A stretch of DNA of 42,302 nucleotides from a virus. Its lineage: Duplodnaviria; Heunggongvirae; Uroviricota; Caudoviricetes. The DNA is taken from the IMG/VR virus record IMGVR_UViG_2713896905_000008; one strand, written 5' to 3'. Below, piece by piece: positions 36,757 through 42,302 of this stretch. Each line of letters opens with the position of its first letter. The first letter of the stretch is position 1. The notes beneath the pieces are model-generated. The model did not search any database. It worked only from the letters and a program-made list of their open reading frames with translations, and was not told where the DNA came from. The position numbers and the translations under genes were made by a program.

Positions 36757-37659
36757 TGCATCGAAAAGCATTTCTTCAGAAATAATTTTAAGTTTTGCAC
36801 CATTATCATCCCTATAAGATATAGCTTTTTCGATCTTCCTTCCGTGACTTGAGAATTTCCAATCACGGGAGGAAAGCGTCCCAATTACTAAAAAATCCAA
36901 CTTTTGAGTAATTCCACTACTGATGTTCCCACCAGCATTTTTAATCAAATTTTCAACTACGGCTCTCTTTCCTGCAACAAAAGTGCCTGTAAGACAATAG
37001 GTTTTACCCTCTAACTCTATCGAAGCCCCTACATCAATAGGCAGCCTGGTCGCCAAACCATCCACCACCCCACTTTCCAAGTCACATCCTGTGAAGTCTA
37101 CTAATGCCTTATGTAGAGTTAAACTCTCATCTTCAGTAATAACCCCATCTTTAAGAATTTCCTTTACAAGTGCATAAAGTTTTTTTCCTGGGTAGTTGTT
37201 CTTCAAAGCTCCATTTTGCTCAAGCCACCAATTAAGATATCTTATTTCTTCTTGAGTTAAGTTCCGATCAGCAATTAATCCTTTACATAGTCCATTAAGT
37301 AAATGGACATCTACATCCTTGGAGTAAAAATCAATTTCAGGGATATCAAGAATTTCCCTCTGTATTTGGAGAAGGCTATTTTTAAGGTCATCACGTTCTT
37401 CTGATGTGATTATTCCATCCGCAAGAATATCCGACACCCGTGCTGATAGACTTTTTATAACTCCATTATTGATAATCTGCTTTGCTTCAAGTAACCATGT
37501 ATCTAAGTAAAGAACCTCCTCTTCACGGACAACTCCATCTGCAATGATTCCATCAATGATGCTAATCAAGTTAGCAAATAACTTGTCCCGGTTCTGTGTG
37601 TAATTAAAAGCGTAAAGCGCGTCTTCCATACAACCTCCTTTTTTTGATAATCCTTGCAC
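36739..37659 (-). CDS. BRCT-domain protein with four N-terminal ~35-aa repeats, unknown function (cargo at rexAB-equivalent position)
   Basis: C-terminus LEGKTYCLTGTFVAGKRAVVENLIKNAGGNISSGITQKLDFLVIG...KLKIISEEMLFDAL parallels the LigA-type BRCT fold. N-terminal repeats each contain ..ADG.IT.EE...L.. A+T-rich; convergent with cI. Confidence 0.55.
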   Translation of the reverse strand: MQGLSKKGGCMEDALYAFNYTQNRDKLFANLISIIDGIIADGVVREEEVLYLDTWLLEAKQIINNGVIKSLSARVSDILADGIITSEERDDLKNSLLQIQREILDIPEIDFYSKDVDVHLLNGLCKGLIADRNLTQEEIRYLNWWLEQNGALKNNYPGKKLYALVKEILKDGVITEDESLTLHKALVDFTGCDLESGVVDGLATRLPIDVGASIELEGKTYCLTGTFVAGKRAVVENLIKNAGGNISSGITQKLDFLVIGTLSSRDWKFSSHGRKIEKAISYRDDNGAKLKIISEEMLFDALPSSR

Positions 37660-37692
37660 TCCTTGACTACACGTTCAAACCACATAAAGTTG

Positions 37693-37721
37693 TTGACAAT
37701 GTTCAAAATCACAACTAAATT
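37693..37721 (+). promoter_or_regulatory. pL-like promoter candidate with flanking operator half-sites
   Basis: TTGACA (37693-37698), 17-bp spacer, TAAATT (37716-37721). Flanked by AAAGTTGT, ACAACT and ACAACTT motifs shared with the OR-like region. Confidence 0.5.
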
Positions 37722-37880
37722 ACAACTTAAAGATGTTAAAAACAACAAACAGGCAGGACGCCCACGAAGTAGCCGCCTGGGGCATATGAAGTCCAGGATG
37801 ATTCGTTAGCAACAAAAAAGCGCCCTACAGGACGCTTAGCTCTTTAACAATCTGGTCCCCATCAACAAGTAACTGATAAC

Positions 37881-38102
37881 TTGAGGAGGTGTGAAATGCA
37901 CAAAACAGAACCAAAAATCGTCGCGCCCGGATACACAAATGAGGAAATTTACGAGTGGATGGCAAAGAAGCTGGCAGCTATAAACCAGCTTCGTGAAGTG
38001 CTGTCTTATCGACAGAAAACAATAGACTCCTTAAAAAAACTGGATCAGGAAATCACGGTTTTATCACAGGATGTTACTTTAGATATTGTGCAGACAAATT
38101 AG
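37881..38102 (+). CDS. small hypothetical early protein
   Basis: About 68 aa from MHKTEPK; first ORF downstream of the pL-like promoter. Not Arg-rich, so not N-like. Confidence 0.35.
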   Translation: MRRCEMHKTEPKIVAPGYTNEEIYEWMAKKLAAINQLREVLSYRQKTIDSLKKLDQEITVLSQDVTLDIVQTN

Positions 38103-38508
38103 GATCCCATTCATTTTCGTCAAAATCATCAAAGTGATGAATTTGTGATCTCCAGTCTCGATAATCTAAAAATTTCTGGGCGGTTACGCTTATTTTATCA
38201 AGTGTGAGTTCATCCTGAATTGAAAGAAGAAGTTCATCAAATTTCATCTCATTAATCTGTTTTGGCATCCAGTGATGCTTCATCAGAATAAGGTGAACCA
38301 GAGCCTTTTTCCCATTCAACTGATTATAGGGAGTGCCGAATTTCTTCCGGTGCTCATGTAAGACAAGGTCCAGAAGAGTAAGTAATGTTGCCCTTGATTC
38401 AACTTTGCTTATTTCGACTGATGACACTACCCCACTGATTTCAATGCCCCGATACTTTCCAACATTTTCACAGTGGGATTTGTACAGCGTATAGATATTA
38501 CCGGACAT
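38074..38508 (-). CDS. hypothetical protein with Rx6H motif (possible HEPN-like)
   Basis: 144 aa, A+T-rich, opposite strand to the surrounding early genes; C-terminal RDWRSQIHH. Confidence 0.4.
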   Translation of the reverse strand: MSGNIYTLYKSHCENVGKYRGIEISGVVSSVEISKVESRATLLTLLDLVLHEHRKKFGTPYNQLNGKKALVHLILMKHHWMPKQINEMKFDELLLSIQDELTLDKISVTAQKFLDYRDWRSQIHHFDDFDENEWDPNLSAQYLK

Positions 38509-38639
38509 TTCTTTTCCTTTTGCGTTGTTGGGGATAACCAGATTAACCGAATCCTTGTTGTTGGGGAATAACCAGGTCCACCTCGCCTGATGTGGCTAAA
38601 AGCAGGCACATAACAGCTAAGTATTTTCAACCAGAGAGA

Positions 38640-38930
38640 ATCCTTAGCGTTGTGGTGAATGCGGCTCAGCGCACGCGGGTAAAGGTTGAGGCTGACAGTC
38701 GACCTTCTGTGGATACCCACCCGCCTGGTGTGCAACCTTCGCTAGGCACCGGGAGGCGCCCGGCACCACAACTTTATGCTGTGTGTAGTCTTGGCGGTAC
38801 CAGCTTGTACCCTTGCTTCCGGCTGGTACCGTCCTTTTTACAAAACAGAGAAGAGCATCACCGGACGACGGGCTCATAACCCAATCCATCCGGGCGGCTG
38901 CCACCGCAGGTGTTCTTCTCTGTTTTGTGG
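38640..38930 (+). ncRNA. candidate structured non-coding RNA / RNA regulatory element (strand uncertain)
   Basis: GC-rich region with no protein-like frame. Nested complementarity GTTGTGGTG (38650)/CACCACAAC (38765) and GCACGCGGGT/ACCCGC..GTGTGC; hairpin GGTACCAGC-16nt-GCTGGTACC followed by GTCCTTTTTAC; stem ACAGAGAAGA/TCTTCTCTGT around a 58-nt insert. Confidence 0.35.
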
Positions 38931-38976
38931 AGAAACCAACCGGCCTTGCAGGGTCGATATGATGAGGAGCAGCAAA

Positions 38977-39339
38977 ATGGCTAGCGAACGCAGTACTGAT
39001 GTGCAGGCATTTATCGGGGAGCTGGACGGCGGCGTATTTGAAACCAAAATCGGTGCAGTTCTCAGTGAAGTCGCTTCCGGTGTGATGAACACGAAAACCA
39101 AAGGTAAGGTCTCACTCAACCTGGAAATCGAACCATTTGATGAGAACCGTGTGAAAATCAAACACAAACTCTCATATGTTCGCCCGACTAACCGCGGGAA
39201 AATTTCCGAAGAAGACACCACCGAAACGCCGATGTATGTCAATCGCGGTGGTCGCCTGACTATTCTGCAGGAAGACCAGGGACAATTACTGACTCTTGCC
39301 GGTGAACCTGACGGAAAACTCCGCGCAGCAGGTTATTAA
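38977..39339 (+). CDS. YfdP-like early protein
   Basis: 120 aa from MASERSTDV with GAGGAG SD 7 nt upstream; precedes a YfdQ-like gene. Confidence 0.5.
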   Translation: MASERSTDVQAFIGELDGGVFETKIGAVLSEVASGVMNTKTKGKVSLNLEIEPFDENRVKIKHKLSYVRPTNRGKISEEDTTETPMYVNRGGRLTILQEDQGQLLTLAGEPDGKLRAAGY

Positions 39340-39404
39340 TATCGTTCTTAATTAACTGATTATTTACCTCATCACTGAATATCTTTATATAGTGAGGACT
39401 TATT

Positions 39405-40229
39405 ATGTCTCAGAACTTAGACGCAACCGCAATTAATCAAATCCATGCCCTTATTTCTGCTCAGGGTGTTAATGAAATTATCAGTAAGATTGGTGCCGAC
39501 GCAGTGGCATTACCTGAAAATTTCCGCATTCATGATCTGGAAAAATTTAATTTAAATCGCTTCCGTTTCCGTGGTGCGCTTTCCACTGCCAGCATCGATG
39601 ACTTTACCCGTTATTCTAAAGATCTTGCAGATGAAGGCACCCGCTGCTTTATCGATGCCGATAATATGCGAGCCGTCAGTGTGCTTAACCTAGGCACTAT
39701 TGATGAACCTGGTCATGCAGATAACACCGCCACTCTCAAACTGAAAAAGACAGCACCGTTCTCTGCTCTGTTGTCTGTTAATGGCGAGCGTAACTCCCAG
39801 AAGTCACTGGCAGAATGGATTGAAGACTGGGCCGACTACCTTGTAGGCTTTGATGCTAATGGTGACGCTATTCAGGCAACAAAAGCGGCTGCGGCTGTCC
39901 GTAAAATCACGATTGAAGCAAACCAGACCGCTGATTTTGAAGATAATGACTTCAGCGGAAAACGCTCCCTGATGGAGTCTGTCGAAGCGAAGACCAAAGA
40001 TATTATGCCAGTGGCATTTGAATTTAAATGCGTTCCGTTTGAAGGTCTGAAAGAACGTCCGTTTAAATTACGCCTCAGCATTATCACTGGCGATCGTCCT
40101 GTACTGGTTCTGCGCATTATTCAGTTGGAAGCAGTCCAGGAAGAAATGGCTAACGAATTTCGTGATCTGCTTGTTGAGAAATTCAAAGACAGCAAAGTAG
40201 AAACCTTTATTGGTACTTTCACCGCCTGA
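39405..40229 (+). CDS. yfdQ: YfdQ-like protein (DUF2303-type)
   Basis: 274 aa; size and position as in the yfdP-yfdQ-yfdR arrangement of the CPS-53 prophage; assignment by family from memory. Confidence 0.5.
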   Translation: MSQNLDATAINQIHALISAQGVNEIISKIGADAVALPENFRIHDLEKFNLNRFRFRGALSTASIDDFTRYSKDLADEGTRCFIDADNMRAVSVLNLGTIDEPGHADNTATLKLKKTAPFSALLSVNGERNSQKSLAEWIEDWADYLVGFDANGDAIQATKAAAAVRKITIEANQTADFEDNDFSGKRSLMESVEAKTKDIMPVAFEFKCVPFEGLKERPFKLRLSIITGDRPVLVLRIIQLEAVQEEMANEFRDLLVEKFKDSKVETFIGTFTA

Positions 40230-40241
40230 TTTCATTACTGC

Positions 40242-40263
40242 AAATGCCCCTGCGGGGGCATTT
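40242..40263 (+). terminator. stem-loop after the yfdQ-like gene (possible intrinsic terminator or attenuator)
   Basis: AAATGCCCC-tgc-GGGGGCATTT perfect hairpin 13 nt after the stop; weak U-tract. Confidence 0.35.
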
Positions 40264-40329
40264 ATGGAAACGTAATTTACTCAATAATCGCCGGATGGTA
40301 AGGGATTCTTTTTACCAGAATTCAGCGCG

Positions 40330-40893
40330 GTGCAGGGCATATACGTGGAGAACAAAATGTCATTTATTAAAACTTTTTCCGGGAAGCATTTTTATTATGA
40401 CAAGATAAATAAAGATGACATCGTTATTAACGATATCGCGGTTTCCCTTTCAAATATCTGTCGTTTTGCAGGACATCTTTCACACTTCTACAGCGTCGCC
40501 CAACATGCGGTGCTTTGCAGCCAGCTGGTACCGCAGGAATTTGCTTTTGAAGCGTTAATGCATGATGCAACAGAAGCATATTGCCAGGACATCCCCGCAC
40601 CACTGAAACACCTTCTTCCTGACTATAAACGGATGGAAGAAAAAATAGACGCCGTAATCCGTGAGAAATACGGGTTACCCCCAGTTATGAGTACGCCCGT
40701 GAAATATGCCGATCTCATCATGCTGGCAACCGAACGCCGCGATCTCGGACTTGATGATGGCTCTTTCTGGCCTGTACTGGAAGGTATCCCGGCAACAGAG
40801 ATGTTCAAAGTGATTCCACTGGCACCGGGTCATGCCTACGGAATGTTTATGGAACGATTTAAAGAGCTGCATAAGATACATAAACAATCCTGA
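40330..40893 (+). CDS. yfdR: HD-domain phosphohydrolase (YfdR-like 5'-deoxynucleotidase)
   Basis: HD motifs SVAQHAVLC and LMHDATEAY; likely start at MSFIKTF. Confidence 0.65.
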   Translation: MQGIYVENKMSFIKTFSGKHFYYDKINKDDIVINDIAVSLSNICRFAGHLSHFYSVAQHAVLCSQLVPQEFAFEALMHDATEAYCQDIPAPLKHLLPDYKRMEEKIDAVIREKYGLPPVMSTPVKYADLIMLATERRDLGLDDGSFWPVLEGIPATEMFKVIPLAPGHAYGMFMERFKELHKIHKQS

Positions 40894-40933
40894 CAGCGAA
40901 ATTAACTAGTGAAATAGTTTTGTAGCAAAAGAA

Positions 40934-41194
40934 ATGAGGTTATCAAAAATGCTTCAAATGCTGACACTTGAGGAATGGGCTGCGGAAAAATTTAGGAGTA
41001 ATCCTCCAAGTGTGTCCACATTGCGTCGTTATGCTAAGCAGAATTTATTTTGTCCACCAGCAATGAAACAAGGTCGACTCTGGCGAGTACGTGAGGACGC
41101 AGAGTTAGTTGGGGAATTAGTTACTCCTGTCATCAAGAAAAGTGATTCTATTATTCTACAAAGGATTTTAAGTAATGGCAGCCAGACCACGTAA
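40934..41194 (+). CDS. xis: excisionase (lambda Xis-like)
   Basis: 86 aa; LTLEEWAAEKF...STLRRYAKQNLFCPPAMKQGRLWRVREDAEL parallels lambda Xis; overlaps the int start. Confidence 0.75.
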   Translation: MRLSKMLQMLTLEEWAAEKFRSNPPSVSTLRRYAKQNLFCPPAMKQGRLWRVREDAELVGELVTPVIKKSDSIILQRILSNGSQTT

Positions 41195-42302
41195 AAATAA
41201 TGTCTCAGTCCCGAACTTGTATCCGCTCTATAGCAGAAAAGTAAATAAAGTCTATTGGCGATATAAGCATCCAGTGACCGGGAAGTTTCATTCTTTGGGC
41301 GCAAACGAAGCTGAAGCCATTGCTATTGCCACTGAGGCCAATACACGCCTGGCTGAGCAAAGAACCCGGCAGATTCTGGCTATCAGTGACAGGATCGCAA
41401 CCAGCAAAGGAAAAGCAATCACAACGTCAACCTGGTTAGATCGCTATCAAGCAATCCAGGATGACAGACTGAAAAGTGGCGATATAAAGCTCAACACCTA
41501 TAAACAGAAAGCCAAACCAGTATCCTTGCTCAGGGAACGAGCAGGAATGAAGTTAATTTCATCCGTTGATGTAAGGGATATAGCACAATTGCTTGACGAG
41601 TATATCACTGCTGGGCAACCGAGGATGGCGCAAGTAGTCCGCTCCGTTCTAATTGATGTATTCAAGGAGGCACAACACTATGGGGAGGTCCCTCCTGGCT
41701 ATAATCCAGCATTAGCGACCAAACAGCCCAGAAGAAAAATTACCCGACAACGGTTAAGCCTTGAAGAATGGCAAAAAATCTTTGATATCGCAGATGCCAG
41801 TCATCGTTATATGGGGAATGCCATGCTGTTAGCACTGGTTACCGGTCAGAGGTTAGGTGATATCTCGCGTATGAAATTTAGCGATATTTGGGATGATCAT
41901 CTCCATATCATTCAGGAAAAGACCGGGAGCAAAATCGCAATTCCTCTTTCTCTTCGTCTCAACGCGATTAACTGGAGTTTACGCGATGTAGTCGCTCGCT
42001 GCCGTGACTATGCAGTCAGCCCATACCTTGTACATTTTTTCCGTACTACTTCACAGGCTGAACGTGGCGCGCAGGTTAAATCCAATACATTGACCATGAA
42101 TTTCAGTAAAGCAAGGGATTTGGCAGGAATCGACTGGGGGGATGGATCGCCCGCAACATTCCATGAACAAAGATCTTTATCTGAACGTCTTTACAAACAA
42201 CAGGGGTTAGACACACAAAAACTACTTGGTCATAAATCACAACAACAAACCGATCGTTATCATGATGATCGAGGTAAAGGATGGAGCAAAGTAGCATTGT
42301 GA
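41175..42302 (+). CDS. int: tyrosine integrase (lambda Int family, e14 IntE-like)
   Basis: 375 aa, complete, with stop at the last three bases of the window. C-terminal catalytic region (HEQRSLSERLY, LLGHKS, DRYHDD). 3' end faces the window edge, where the att site is expected. Confidence 0.9.
   Translation: MAARPRKNNVSVPNLYPLYSRKVNKVYWRYKHPVTGKFHSLGANEAEAIAIATEANTRLAEQRTRQILAISDRIATSKGKAITTSTWLDRYQAIQDDRLKSGDIKLNTYKQKAKPVSLLRERAGMKLISSVDVRDIAQLLDEYITAGQPRMAQVVRSVLIDVFKEAQHYGEVPPGYNPALATKQPRRKITRQRLSLEEWQKIFDIADASHRYMGNAMLLALVTGQRLGDISRMKFSDIWDDHLHIIQEKTGSKIAIPLSLRLNAINWSLRDVVARCRDYAVSPYLVHFFRTTSQAERGAQVKSNTLTMNFSKARDLAGIDWGDGSPATFHEQRSLSERLYKQQGLDTQKLLGHKSQQQTDRYHDDRGKGWSKVAL

Noticed and set aside
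37881-38102. Lambda N-type antiterminator as first gene after the pL-like promoter
   Set aside because: The protein lacks the arginine-rich motif, and no boxA/boxB-like nut site was evident.
38580-38960. Retron msr-msd non-coding RNA
   Set aside because: No reverse transcriptase gene is adjacent; the downstream gene is a 120-aa YfdP-like protein. Kept only as a generic structured-RNA candidate.

Overview
This 42.3-kb window looks like an Escherichia-type chromosomal region holding two prophage-derived elements that share an attachment site in the 3' end of icd. All family assignments come from reading the supplied translations and from memory of protein families; no database search was run. 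Positions 1-3134 are a decayed lambdoid remnant: a membrane-protein gene, a disrupted rusA, a ybcO-like gene and a 5'-truncated integrase paralogue. Positions 3241-3414 are a duplicated icd 3' end (att junction) with its terminator. From about 3415 to the window end is an apparently complete e14-like prophage: mcrA, a frameshifted pin invertase beside an intact invertible tail-fibre segment, a Mu-like contractile-tail module, an HK97-like head module, HNH endonuclease with terminase, a lysis cassette, antiterminator Q, a nin-like region, a replication gene with iterons, a divergent cI/cro immunity region, a yfdPQR-like early-left module, and xis-int ending exactly at the window edge. Several A+T-rich (by eye) opposite-strand cargo insertions sit at classical moron positions. 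The best candidate for an undescribed system is the two-gene cassette at 27407-29799 between Q and the holin, encoding a zinc-ribbon/NdpA(YejK)-like protein and a protein with a C-terminal two-helix membrane anchor. Other candidates are a BRCT-domain repeat protein at the rexAB-equivalent position, a gene pair at the bor-equivalent position, and a GC-rich structured non-coding region next to a gene with an Rx6H motif.
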